Assembly (NCBI GenBank): GCA_002189035.1
Contig: CM007990.1
Location: 186,001-250,000, forward strand
Direction: 5' to 3'
DNA: 64,000 nt
Source: Utricularia gibba
Lineage: Eukaryota > Plantae > Magnoliophyta
This document shows, one piece after another, positions 39,885-56,353 of this stretch (the first letter of the stretch is position 1; each line of letters begins with the position of its first letter). Below the pieces are notes generated by a model, which saw only the letters and a program-made list of their open reading frames with translations, was not told the origin of the DNA and did no database searches. The translations under genes and the position numbers were made by a program.

Positions 39885-42703
39885 TTATCTTCCGTTGAGA
39901 GCTGACAACTGCGCAAACATCGCCGTGCCGGAATGTTCGTCAATATCTCTACTTCCCACCGGGAAATTACTGGTGTCGCTTACGAGCGGAGTCGTCGCGG
40001 GACTTGGAGCAGCTGCTGGAGGCGCTTGATTCTCCATCTCTGTCTTTCCTTGAGCCGAATTCTCCTGAAGATGCAAAGCAGACTCCAAATGCCACAGCAC
40101 ATCGCCCATCGAGGGACGATCAACGCCGTACTCGGCCAGACATTTCTCCGCCGCCTCGGCGAACTTGTTCATCGACTCGCCGTCGATGTGGCCGACGAGA
40201 GTTGGATCGATGATCTTATCAAGAAGCCCCTTTCTCTTCCACTGCATTGCCCATTCAGCTAAGTTTACCTGCTCCCTAGGTAACGCGGGATTTATTGCCG
40301 GCCGAGCGCATAACGCTTCGAGCAAAACGACTCCGAATGAGTAGACATCGGATTTCTCAGTCAACTGCTGCTTCCGGAAATACTCAGGGTCGAGATAACC
40401 GAAGCTTCCTTTCACGGCGGTGCTGACATATGCTTGACCGGTGACACCGTCCTTCGACAGGCCGAAATCCGCCATTTTGGCGACGAAGTTCTCGTCGAGC
40501 AAAATGTTGGTTGTTTTCACATCACGATGGATGATTCCCTGCGTCGTGCCGGTGTGGAGATAGTGGAGGCCGCGGGCGGAGCCGATGCAGATCTCCAGAC
40601 GCTGTTTCCATGACAGAGTGGGCAGATTCTTGCCGTATAGATGGTCACGGAATGGGCCGTTGGCCATGTACTCGTACACGAGGATCATTTCCTCGTTCTC
40701 TTCGCAGTAGCCGATCAAAGAGACGAGGTGACGATGGCGGAGCTTGGAGAGCATCTGAATCTCCGTCTGAAACTCGTTGATCCCCTGTTCTGATTGGGGG
40801 TTACCTCTCTTCACGGCAATTTTCAGGCCGTCGTCTATCTCAGCGAGGTACACATTTCCAAAACCACCGACACCTATGATACCGGCAGAATCCCAGTTCT
40901 TGGTGGCTTCTTGAAGTTCTGCAAGTGAAAAGTATCTGCCTAATCCCATCGTAGAAGAGAAAAATTGACTCTTTTTTGAGCCTAAAGAACTTTTGCTGTT
41001 GGAAATGTAGCTTGAATCTCCGGAGTGAATAGGTAGCAGCCATTTTTGCTTTTATTCCAATCATCAGGGCGTTTCTTCCACTTGACAGCCATAGCACCCA
41101 ATCCAATAAAAGCTCCAAACATCATAGCAAAACCAACGGCGGCGACGGTTCCTTTGACGGCCCCATTGCCTCCGGCCCGTTCGCCGTTGATTCCGAAAAT
41201 TGTTCATCTTCAGCACCTCAATGCCATTGAGAATTGCGTTTTTTGTCCCCGCATTCTCGTTCGTTGGACCAACTTGTACCGTTAATGGATCAAGGGTAGA
41301 AACCATGGTGGTGTTCGCAATGAAATCGGCGAAGTAGGCGGCGTTCAAACCGCCGGCGACCGTCGTTAGATCCAAGCCGGAAATCACCGTTATGCCATTG
41401 ATGTAAACATTGAAGTAAAGATCATTGGGTGACTTGCTCACGATATCAGCGAAGTGCAACCGGATAAGGTATTGGAATGAAGAATCTATCTTCATTTGCC
41501 AGGTGATATTGAAACTAGGGGCCTGTAATTGATACACAGATTCACAAGATTGCAGGGTGTATCTTAGAAAATGTTGATATCATTTTGCTAACCTCAACGT
41601 TGGCGTTGGCCATCACCGTTATGCCATTGATGTAAACATTGAAGTGGCTCACGATGGCGAAGTGCAACCGGATAAGGTATTGGAATGAAGAATCTATCTT
41701 CATTTGCCAGGTGATATTGAAACTAGGGGCCTGTAATTGATACACAGATTCACAAGATTGCAGGGTGTATCTTAGAAAATGTTGATATCATTTTGCTAAC
41801 CTCAACGTTGGCGTTGGCCATCTGCGTGGCGGTGGCGTAAACGCGCGGTGGTGCAATCAACGGCGACTCACCCTCCGGATAAGTGATTACATTTGTCTCG
41901 ACGGAGGCGGGGCTACCCATGGCCTTGGGTTGAAGGTAACTGTCATCAGTATCCCAATGTCTCCCCAAGGTGTCATTTTGCGCAGTGAGAATCGGGCCAC
42001 CGGCGTTAAGCCGGTAAACCGTCTCGTACGCGATTTTTGAGATCCCGGTGATGCTCGCTTTCGGAAAAACAGCGGTGGCGGCGTCGTTGATCAGTATATC
42101 CGGAGCCGAAACGAACTCGATGCCGTTAACGAACGCCATGCTTCCCGACGCCGGCTGGAAGATAAGTGAAAACCTCTCCGTCGTACAATCGACGAGAAAC
42201 TCCCTAAATGTCGTCGTTTCATTGGCAGGGGTCTGAAATTCGTGGATCAACACGAGACCGTTGTTCGTGACCACCCTGAAAGCGGCGGATTTCAGATCCC
42301 TGTCATTGCTCTGAATCGCTGCGAAATGTAACCGGACCCAGTGGTACCCGGGTCGGGTCACGGGGAAAGAGTACGTCGCGTCTCTCTCGAACACCCTAGC
42401 CGAATCGTATACCTTCGATGGAAAACTTGGATCCGGATTCGGATCCACGACTTGGATTAGAGGGCCATCGTAGGCTAGGTATTTGCTGGAATCATGATCT
42501 CCGATGAAAGCTCGCCCACCGGGAGCGGGAACCCCGGCGGAATTCCCGCAGTCGAGGAGAATGTTGTCCGGCGGTGTGAATGAATCCGATTTCGCCGGCG
42601 CGTTGATTCTGGAAGAGTGGATGGAAATGGGAGACGTGAACAGAACCAGGAGGATAGCTGCAAGCGGCGCAGGTCCCCGCCGCCGTAGAGGCGCATCGTC
42701 CAT
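39885..42703 (-). pseudogene. CrRLK1L malectin-like receptor kinase, BUPS1/2-like; disrupted as assembled (pseudogene or misassembly)
   Basis: Malectin-like ectodomain (DNILLDCG, HWVRLHF, YRLNAGG, YLIRLHFAD); TM segment GTVAAVGFAMMFGAFIGLGAMAVKWKKRP; intact kinase [11 protein letters not shown]...HRDVKTTN...DFGLS; C-terminus [18 protein letters not shown]. Frame breaks at ~41197 and ~41045, plus a 208-bp internal duplication. Confidence 0.75.
41383..41822. repeat. 208-bp-period tandem duplication containing a complete 70-nt intron
   Basis: Identical introns at 41800-41731 and 41592-41523, with duplicated flanking coding sequence. One copy has net 3-nt and 18-nt internal deletions. Confidence 0.9.
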
Positions 42704-43041
42704 GACTCCGATGACCCCTCCCGGTAATGAAGAGTATATTAATATTAACTCTGGTTTTGTTGTGTTTCCGAATCGAGTATTATTGCCCTGTGGGGGAAAA
42801 GGACTGCTTTAGGTGAAATTATGTTAGCCTTTCCTTGTTTGTCGGGGGGAATTCGTTGCGATCATGTTTAAATTTAGTAAATAAATAAAAGTATTTCACG
42901 TAAAAATAATATTTAAAAATAACAGAGAAGCGGGTTAGACCCGACCCGTAATACGTGTTCGCTATATGTCTTGGAGAAATTGGGGAGGACGAAGCCGGGA
43001 AATAAAGTTTGGGGTCGCAGAGAAAGCTTGAGGAATCAGCA

Positions 43042-45354
<2,313 letters not shown>

Positions 45355-46273
45355 GAGCTCTAAAGTCTGCTGCGCCTCGCGCTCCTCCCTCTTTCATCAT
45401 CGTGATATTTTCCACTGCATATCACTGTGGAATGTTAAGCTCATATAGATTTCTCATTTCGAGTTCTTCGCCTGAAATTGACGTCTCGCCATCGATTTAT
45501 TCCGCCAAACTGTTCAAATAGATTTTTTATATCATGCCGACGTTATCCCTGATGATGGTCGCCGGAATCGCAGCGACGCCCACTACGTCGGTGGGGGCTA
45601 AACACAGGCGCCATGGGGGTCAAATTTGTATTTTGAAATAGAAAGACGATTTTGCCCCCATCTGTACGACGTCGTTGAGGCGTAGTGTAGCCTTGTGTCT
45701 TCTCGTCTCGTCTCGTCGGTCGTCTCATTTTGAGAATTCTCCTCTCAACTCTGATTCTCGTCAACAACAGGTAAATCAATATTTTCAGATATTCTACCTG
45801 CGATCATCACCACTTTTTGTTAATTTGAATTCAGATTCTTTCTTATGTGATGTGTTTGGATTTATCGATTTGGAGGAATTGCTGTTTCCAGATCTGGTTC
45901 TGGTCGTCGTTGCTTGTCTCTTTCTCTCTCTTTTTTTCGCCGGTTTCTTTTTTTCTTGGAGTGTCTAATACTGCGGCAAGTTGGGCAATTGTGGATGGCT
46001 GAATGCCGAGTGATGCGTTGTGGCTTTAGTAGTGAAGATTGATTTGCTAGGGCTTTTGTTGTGCGGTCATTTTTGCATCGTGATATTCATGATTATTGCA
46101 TTTGGAGGTTTGCCTTCATTTACATTTAACTGGTTTGCGATTTGTTTGATGATGAAATTGTGGTTCACATTGGAGTTCTTTTAGGTTGTATGTACTGACT
46201 TTGGAAACAGCAGAAGAAGCTTCCACCAACTGTGCTTCTTCCGAGTTCGTTGGTACTTTCATCCAAATTGATA

Positions 46274-47015
46274 ATGGAGGGGGGTGGAGGTGATGACCAT
46301 GCTGCGGCTGCTGCAGTTCTGCATCAACGGGGGCAGGAAGTCTCTAAGCTCTTCCAGTATTACCTGGATAAATCGACCCCGCATGCTCTCTATCGGTGGA
46401 TTGGGAGTTTTGTTTTAGTGCTGATCTATGCTTTAAGGGTCTATTATATCCAAGGATTTTACATAGTCACCTACGGGCTGGGGATCTATATTCTAAACCT
46501 GCTTATAGGATTTCTATCGCCTCTTGTTGACCCGGAACTTGAACCATCCGATGGCCCTCTGCTGCCAACAAAGGATTCTGATGAGTTCAAGCCATTCATC
46601 CGCCGTCTCCCTGAATTCAAATTTTGGTAATACTATTGTCTGTTTTGCATCTTTTTCATTTGTCGGCCTTCTGATGATACCCCTTTTTTTTTTTTCCCTC
46701 CTAGGTATGCCATTACAAAGGCTTTCTGCATAGCATTTGTGATGACATTCTTTTCCATGTTTGATGTTCCTGTATTTTGGCCTATCTTATTGTTCTACTG
46801 GTTTGTGCTCTTTGTACTCACAATGAAGCGCCAGATCATGCACATGATCAAGTACAAATATATCCCACTTAACCTTGGGAAGCAGGTATTTTTAACTGAT
46901 AACTCATGCTTTGATATGTTTTCCTTCCCTTCCCAGATAAAAAAATTCCACGTTTTCCTTCCAATAGACCTACAAAGGGAAAAAACCTGCTGCTAGTAGT
47001 CCGCGAGCTGACTGA
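46274..47015 (+). CDS. RER1: RER1 ER-retrieval receptor, 3 coding exons
   Basis: [11 protein letters not shown]...[57 protein letters not shown]...[14 protein letters not shown]. Confidence 0.96.
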
Positions 47016-47563
47016 GGTATCACTTTTTGTTTGCTCTGCAAACGGAAGAACGAGTTCAGCGGCGAGTCTGAACGTGAACACGACATGGAAAGCAAGTATG
47101 AAATCCCTTGAAACACTATTACTTCTTAGTGTACTACACAAGCATTAGTATTCCTCAGTTTGGGAAAGTCGGTATGCTTGATTCTGTTTTAGATGGATGG
47201 ATGGATGGAATGTCAAGCCTTTGTGATATGATTCATCAATCTGTTTCGAACTCTGCATGGATTCTGAATAGCATGTGAAATATTCATATCACAGCTTTTG
47301 GTGACTGGTTGAGTCGGCCACTTTGTACCTCAATAATGAAGGGATTTCTTAGTTAATCAGTCAAAAAAGACCTCTGAAAACCAAGAGGGGGTGCAAAAGA
47401 CATAAGATTAAGATATGAAGGACCAATAGGTAGGTAACCAAAAGACGAGCTGGCCGCATTACATGTCCTCACACGGTGTAGAGCATCTATTTTTCCCTCC
47501 GGCCGGCTCGATGCTCCCCCTGTCTCTTGAAGCCCTTCACTCCTGTAGCGGACGAAGTAGCAT

Positions 47564-47922
47564 TCAGCTTTGTAGTTGAATGCTACAGTGGGAGATGATG
47601 AACATGGATCGAGGTTATAGAAATGTGGAAAACCGTACTCTTACCTCATCATGTTCTCATTTTTGGCAGCTACCGGCGGCGAAGGAGCCTCCTTTTCAGC
47701 TGTGGTTTTGTATTTGGGAAAAGGCACACCTCCTCTCTCAATGCACAGCACATCTTCAACAAGTACTTGATAATGCTTCTTCACTTCATCCTCAGTCCGT
47801 CCAATGGCTTTTGCCACCTTCATCCACCGGTCCGGGGTGTCCTGGTCGTAGACAGCCAAGGCCTCTTCGAAGTCCTTGTTCGCCTTGGCTGTCCATCCCA
47901 GAAGCATTGAAGTGGTAGCCAT
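47564..47922 (-). CDS. RADIALIS-like single SANT/MYB protein, 2 exons
   Basis: [60 protein letters not shown]; short second exon ...IQLQS*. Confidence 0.92.
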
Positions 47923-48853
47923 TTGAACTCAGAGAGCACAGGTGCAAATGATGAAGGGGAGGAGGCTTTTGTAGAGGGTGTTGGCCTGTTCAAAGATAAC
48001 GCCAAGTTGTAGTAATGTGCATGTGTTGGGGAATGCTGTTGCAGGAATCCCTAGGCATTGATCATACAAAGGGTGGGGTATTAGGAAATGGCCAAACAAG
48101 CTAAGAACATGTATGCAACTGTGGTACTTTTTCACCAGGGGAATAAATCCTCCCGAGACTATCGCCATCCTATCTTGGCTGTACAAAGCGAGCACTGAGA
48201 ATCCAGCATTTGGTCTTCTTTGAAGGCCTAGAAATCATCGCAGTTCAGTCCCTTGAGGGGATTGAGTGCAGAGGGTGCCTCTAAGGTAGATCCTTACCAA
48301 TTAAACAAGAGTTGGAATCGATGAGTGTACAGAAACCGAGCACGAGTCAAGCATGACAGCCGGAGAACAGTTATGGAGACTGGCATCTTATCCTTCTAAA
48401 TTCAGCTAAATTTGGTACAGCAGTTCACGAGGAATCATATCTCAGCTTCCTTATCTCATTTTTCCATCTTACATTTCACCTTGAATCTGGTTTTGGGTGA
48501 TTCCTTCACCCTCTTTCTCATTTCTCCTTATGGAGAACGGGAATAGACACATACAGGCCCACATATTAATCAGGCGCAAGTTGTGGCATGGATAACTCAA
48601 GTGATAAGGTTTGAAGCTTGAGGTGAATGAGATTCATGATGCAACTGATGTGCCTATAGTGAAGAGATAATATCCATAATGCAACATTGGTTCCAACTGT
48701 CGGGTACAACCAGAAAGGCCAAGGATTCTTGCAACGTTCCTTATTGAGCATATCCCTTGCCATCGGGCAAATATGCAGACAGTTTACCTAAAACAAGAGA
48801 TCTACACCTTGCTTATTCAACAAGGGTACCTGGAGGAAGGGCAGGCAAATAGC

Positions 48854-50668
<1,815 letters not shown>

Positions 50669-51048
50669 CGTTCCCGGTTTATGGCCCCTTCCGCGAGTAC
50701 TCTCCTGAATGCGGACACGAGCACCTGTCTGTTCTCTCACCGCATAGAATTGTTTTCATTTTCTATTTGTGATTCCTGAATTGGGCCAAACCAATAGTAT
50801 ACCATCCACCAGTACACGAAAGGGGCCAATTTAATGGGCCTTATCGACAGGCCCAATATCATGACAACAAAGCAACGGAGGCCTTATTGATAAACAAATA
50901 TTTTGGGCCTTCCTTTGCACAAAGGCCCGATGTACTTTTAGAATACAACGGATCTCATGTCTCCGACATTTTCTCTGCATTTCCGACGGAAATTTTACAG
51001 GTGGGAAGCACCTAGAACGGACGTTTGTTTTGGGGAGACATCGCAACA
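50669..51048. promoter_or_regulatory. 380-bp head-to-head promoter between NDUFS8 and CAP1 with a site II cluster
   Basis: TGGGCC at 50782, 50835 and 50904, GGCCCA at 50850; divergent ATGs at 50668 and 51049. Confidence 0.65.
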
Positions 51049-53557
51049 ATGAATGAGAGCTTGATAAGGAGGTTGGAATCTGCGGTGGCGTGCCTGGAAG
51101 CGCTTTCCGCGGGAAATGTCATTCGAGAGTTGAACGCGGCTTATGTCCCCGGAGGTACTGCGTCGTCGGATCCTTCGATCTTGGCGTATGAATATCTCAT
51201 CTCAGAGCGTGTCGGGAAAGTTTTGAGGGCCGGGGAGAAGATCGGAGGTCAGGTTTTTGATATCTCGAGGATTATTCAGGAAGCATTTGGCCTGCAGAAG
51301 GAGCTTCTCGTAAACATCAAGCAAACTCAGGTTAGTCTCGTTGTGATGTGATTTACATGTACAGAAAGGAGTTTTGGGTGGGGATTTTTCATTTTTATGG
51401 CGACAACTATTGCCTGGTGAGCATTTCCGCGTTGTATCTTTTGATGCTTCATTTATAAGAATTAAGGAAACATGTGCTTACGGGTTACTGCTGAAACTTT
51501 ACTCCATTTGGATGATTTGAAGTTGCGTGATTTTTGTGAGATGTGGACTTGATTGTTATCCGATGCATTGTTAACCTCACTGAAGCCATTTCTAACTTGC
51601 AGAAACCTGACATGAGTGGATTACTTGACGTTCTTAAGCCGTTGAATGATGTGATCACGAAAGCATCAGCGTTGTCTGAGGGAAGGCGATCTCAGTTTTT
51701 CAACCACTTGAAGACCGGTGCTGACAGTCTGGCAGCTCTGGCATGGGTTGCTTATACCGGAAAAGACTCTGGTAAGAAAAAAAAGACATATTGTTCTTAT
51801 GTTTTCCTGTTTCTCATTCTTTGTTCCTTCCTTTTTTCATGAACAATAATTCCCTTGTTAGGTATGAGCATGCCAATCTCACATGTTGAAGAGAGTTGGC
51901 AAATGGCTGAATTTTACTTTAACAAGGTAATCCCGTCCTGAATTTTCCCGCAGCTTTTGTTATCATGTACTCTTCAGTATGCATGAAGGTTTTTAAATCT
52001 CTTTCGAGATATGTTTTTCGCCATTGCATAAGGTTTATAAACAGCTTTAAATGTAATTTGATGGCATCAACATCTGCTCTGGTGTGATTTTATGACTTAT
52101 TTACGAGGTACTCATCGAGTACAGAAACAAAGATGAAAATCATGTTGAATGGGCAAAAGCTGTGAAGGAGTTATATATCCCAGGCTTGCGAGATTACGTG
52201 AAGAACCACTATCCGCTAGGTCCAGTATGGAGTACCGCTGCAAAGGCGTGTGCACCTTCCTTTACAAAAGCTCCTGTTACACGTGGTCCAGTTCCTCCTC
52301 CCCTCCTCCTGCTTCGCTTTTCAGCTCTGAAACAGCACAGCCCTCCTCATCTCGCCCAAAAGAGGGAATGGCTGCTGTTTTCCATGAAATTAATTCTGGA
52401 AAGGCAGTTACATCAGGTAATTTTATTACTCCTGATCTCAGTATGCTCACTGTAATTCATATTTTGGTTTCCTAAAAGGTCTGAAAAAGGTCACCGATGA
52501 TATGAAAACCAAGAACCGGGCAGACAGGTATAGTGTGGTTAGTGCTTCTGACAAAAGGGCCGATGCTTCTGCGACTGCCTTCTCCAAAGAAGGGCCTCCA
52601 AAGCTAGATCTTCAGATGGGTCGCAAGGTTAGGGAAAATTACTCTTTAACATGGTCCTCTTATTTGTTTCCCTTGTGGCGTAAGCCCAGTGTAAGTTTCT
52701 AAATGGTATTCAGATGGGTGGTGGAGAATCAAGTTGGACGTAATGATCTGCTCATTGATGATTGTGATGCAAAGCAGTCAGTATACGTATATGGGTGTAA
52801 AAATTCTGTTTTGCAGATTCAAGGTAATTTTTCTGACCCTAACCACTAATCTTAATGTAAGTTGATTTCGTCTTCAAAGACCTCACTTCACAATATCCAT
52901 GCAGGAAAAGTGAACAACATTACTATTGACAAGTGCACAAAGATGGGTGTGGTATTCAAGGTAAGCTATCAAATTTCTCTTACATATATCTAGCTGTTAT
53001 GTGAATCACTGAGCCCATCCGTAGAAACTGCAACTTGTGTCTTTCTAATCTATTCCGGAATTCGGAATCCAGGATGTTGTGGCAGCTTGTGAGATAGTCA
53101 ATTGCAACTCCGTGGAGGTTCAATGTCAGGTAATCCACACAGTGCTCCGATCTGAGCCACCGAACATAAAAACCAGAAAACTGAAATGGAGTTTTCAGCG
53201 AGTCCTTTTCCTCCCTGTCAGGGATCTGCACCTACAGTCTCTGTCGACAATACCTCAGGTTGTCAGTTGTACTTGAGTAAAGATTCTCCTGAAGCTTCTC
53301 TAGCCACAGCAAAATCAAGTGAAGTCAATGTTCTGGTACCCGCATCTGACTCAGAGGGTGATTGGGTATGTGCTCCGTACATTTCTTCCCTCTGCTGTTT
53401 CTTTCTCCCACAGCTCATAAATCCCCACCCACTCTGCTTCACCATTCACTCCCGAAAACTTCTCCTGCAGGGAGAGCATGCATTGCCTCAGCAATATGCT
53501 CATGTCTACAAAGATGGCATGTTTGTGACAGCTCCCGTCTCTCACTCCGGCGGCTAA
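51049..53557 (+). CDS. CAP1: Cyclase-associated protein 1 (actin-monomer-binding CAP), multi-exon
   Basis: LIRRLESAVACLE, FNHLKTGADSLAALAWVAY, HVEWAKAVKELY..GLRDYVKNHYPLGPVW, PPKLDLQMGRKWVVENQ, VDNTSGCQLYLSKDS, EHALPQQY..VYKDGMFVTAPVSHSGG*. Confidence 0.95.
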
Positions 53558-54522
53558 CCCAGCCACCTGATTCTCCCCCATGCTTTCACAGATAAAAACA
53601 TATTCCCTGAACATGCTTTTTGAAAGCAGGAGTTCAAGGTTGCTAGCCCAAAGGAGTTATTTTTACCTGGATGGGGTATTCAGTTGTTTAATCTGTATAT
53701 CATTATTTTACTGGGAGTCACTGCAGTATGCGCAAGCACTCCGCCGCACCTTCCGGATCGGTCGGTCGGAACCCCAGATTGATTTGTCAGCATGGGCTCC
53801 GTCCTCCGTCCTCCGCCTCCAACATTCATACATTTATTTCAAATAATTTATTCAAAATAAATATTCGTATTATCTTAAATAATCAAATACATTGGGTGTT
53901 TATTCGATAGTTAATATAATGCAAATTATATCTACCTCCACTAAAAACAATCATTTTTGTAAATTTATCTGATATTTCTTCAATTTAAATGCTACAAAAT
54001 GCAATCAAAACATCTTTACTGCATTGCCAACTTTGGAGAACATTAATTGTAGATGCTCTTTTATATCATGGAAAAGGTACGATTTAATTTACATTAAATA
54101 TAAAAAAGAAATCAAAACAGTAAATATAATTAATAATGTGAAAAAACCCTGGGGTCCTCCTGGCGGCTAAGTTTGCTGGACTTACCTGGACACCGTAGCG
54201 TGTCAGATTCAAAATAAATAATGCAGTAAATAGAAGGAATAATGTTATTCTATTCGTACTAAATGACTTTTTCTATCCCGATCATAAAAGCTCTGGGTCC
54301 TCCGGGCTGCCAAGTTTGGTGGATTTACACGGCAATGTGGGAGGGGAGGGAATTCCGGGGGTGGACTTGGAGAAGACTGGATCCAATAACATAAATGACT
54401 GAGATGAGTACATTTTGGAGAGCAGCCGCCAACCCACTAGCGGGTTTTTGCGTGTATAAAATGCGCTGCATTTTGGAGGTGATTCTCCGCACAGAGAGCG
54501 AGAGCGAGAGCAAGAAAGGGAG

Positions 54523-55570
54523 ATGATGGCTCCCGTTCCGAGGTTCATTCTCTTTGCTACCTTCGTTTTAGGTGCTGCTGCTTTCCTGCAAGTAAGCGGG
54601 AGGGAAATGCCGGTGTCTGTGGACTCGGGAGATGAAGGTTAGTCGCCATCTTCTTCTTCTTCTTCTCTTTTTGTTGCTGAGAGTAGACAACCCTGGAGAT
54701 CATTTTGTTCATGGTTATGTGTGGGTGTCCTTTTTCAGCAAAGCATTTTAAGGAAGGAACGGTTAACGATGGTAAGTGGTTCTTTCCATGGCATCATCCC
54801 TGGTTTCACGGAGCAAACGGCGCTGGAGGAAATGGCGGCGGTGGTCTAGGAGGAGGAAATGGCGATGGTGGTCAGGGAGGAGGAAATGGCGATGGTGGTC
54901 AGGGAGGAAATGGCGATGGTGGTCAGGGAGGAGGATTGGGCGGCGGTGGCCAGGGAGGTGGAAATGGCGGCGTTGGCCCGGGAGGAGGATACGGCGGCGG
55001 TGGTCAGGGAGGAGGAAGTGGCGGCGATGGTCAGGGAGGAGGATTGGGCGGCGGTGGTCAGGGAGGTGGAAATGGCGGCGTTGGCCCGGGAGGAGGATAC
55101 GGCGGCGGTGGTCAGGGAGGAGGAAGTGGCGGCGATGGTCAGGGAGGAGGATTGGGCGGCGGTGGTCAGGGAGGTGGAAATGGCGGCGTTGGCCCGGGAG
55201 GAGGATACGGCGGCGGTGGTCAGGGAGGAGGAAGTGGCGGCGATGGTCAGGAGGAGGATTGGGCGGCGGTGGCAGGGAGGAGGATTGGGCGGCGGTGGCC
55301 AGGGAGGAGGATGGAGCTCGGCGGCGGTGGCCAGGGAGGAGGACTCGGCGGCGGTGGCCAGGAGGAGGAGGAGGAGGACTCGGCGGCGGTGGCCAGGGAG
55401 GAGGACTCGGCGGCGGTGGCCAGGGAGGAGGACTCGGCGGCGGTATTCTGGGGAGGACACGGCGGTGGTATTCTGGGGGAGGACACGGCGGTGGTATTCT
55501 GGGAGGAGGACACGGCGTTGGTGGTCTGGGTGGGGGATTCGGCGGCGGTAGCGTGGGTGGAGGATACTGA
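54523..55570 (+). CDS. Secreted glycine-rich protein, array copy 1 (long G/N/D/Q-repeat type), 2 exons; -1 slips in G-runs after ~55250
   Basis: Signal MMAPVPRFILFATFVLGAAAFLQVSGRE; intron ~54639-54738; AKHFKEGTVNDGKWFFPWHHPWFH, then Gly repeats ending GGGY*. Confidence 0.8.
54929..55260 (+). repeat. 108-nt coding tandem repeat (36 aa) x3 in GRP copy 1
   Basis: ATTGGG anchors at 54935, 55043, 55151 and 55258 (periods 108, 108, 107). Unit GGLGGGGQGGGNGGVGPGGGYGGGGQGGGSGGDGQG. Confidence 0.9.
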
Positions 55571-56353
55571 AGCTTCAAGCGACCGAACAGAAAACTCCTC
55601 GAAGTATAATAAATCCGCTTGCGCCAATGTAAACATGGTTTCCGTAAGTCTCGTCACCTTGTACTCGTCACATGCCTGGTGCATGTTCATGTTTTTATTC
55701 TAATGTTTTCGAATAAATTTAAGGTTGGTTGTATCTTTCATTCCTATGCAATGCCTCACTGATTCTCCAGGTACACACATTGCAAGTCCCGTCTGTTATA
55801 AATATGGTCAATACCTCTTACCTGTGTGATCAAAATTTTGATTGAGTGTGTGAGATAGAATGTGAAAATGAGATCCCACAGTAATCACATGATTGATTTT
55901 CACCTTCATTCATTCACTTGGTCCCTCAAAGTATGCGTTGCGTGATCAGGTGACTGACCCAAGCTATCGAGGCATCCATCCATCCCCACCCAACCCAACA
56001 TAACTGGGCTCTTCATATCACAGAAGCCTGCCTGCCTGCCTGCCCGCCTCAGATCTGATCTGATCTGATACAATTTGGAGTTAATTTTTATTGATACCCA
56101 TGCCTCAGATCTCATCTGGTGTTTGTTGTTCCCGAGGGTTGAACTTGTCATGGTGTCAAAGCATGTTTTTTGTGGATGACAGGGAGTCGGAGAAGAAGAC
56201 TTAGACTTGTTCCAAGGACGAGTAGAGAGACAGACATATCTTGAACAAACAACCACCCGACGGCCCTACTCCACATTAACTCACCCGCCACCTTCTCCTT
56301 CTATAAAATGCACTGCGCTCAGCAGGCGATTCACAACACACAAGACAAGGAAG

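Noticed and set aside
54929-55260. Regular repeats as a CRISPR-like array
   Set aside because: They are contiguous coding repeats with no unique spacers, in eukaryotic DNA with no cas genes.
54763-55578. 271-aa proline-rich, extensin-like ORF on the minus strand, plus Arg/Trp-rich and EEDWAAV-repeat ORFs in the other plus frames
   Set aside because: These are antisense or shifted readings of GGN glycine codons in GRP copy 1. They have no signal peptide, splice structure or promoter of their own.
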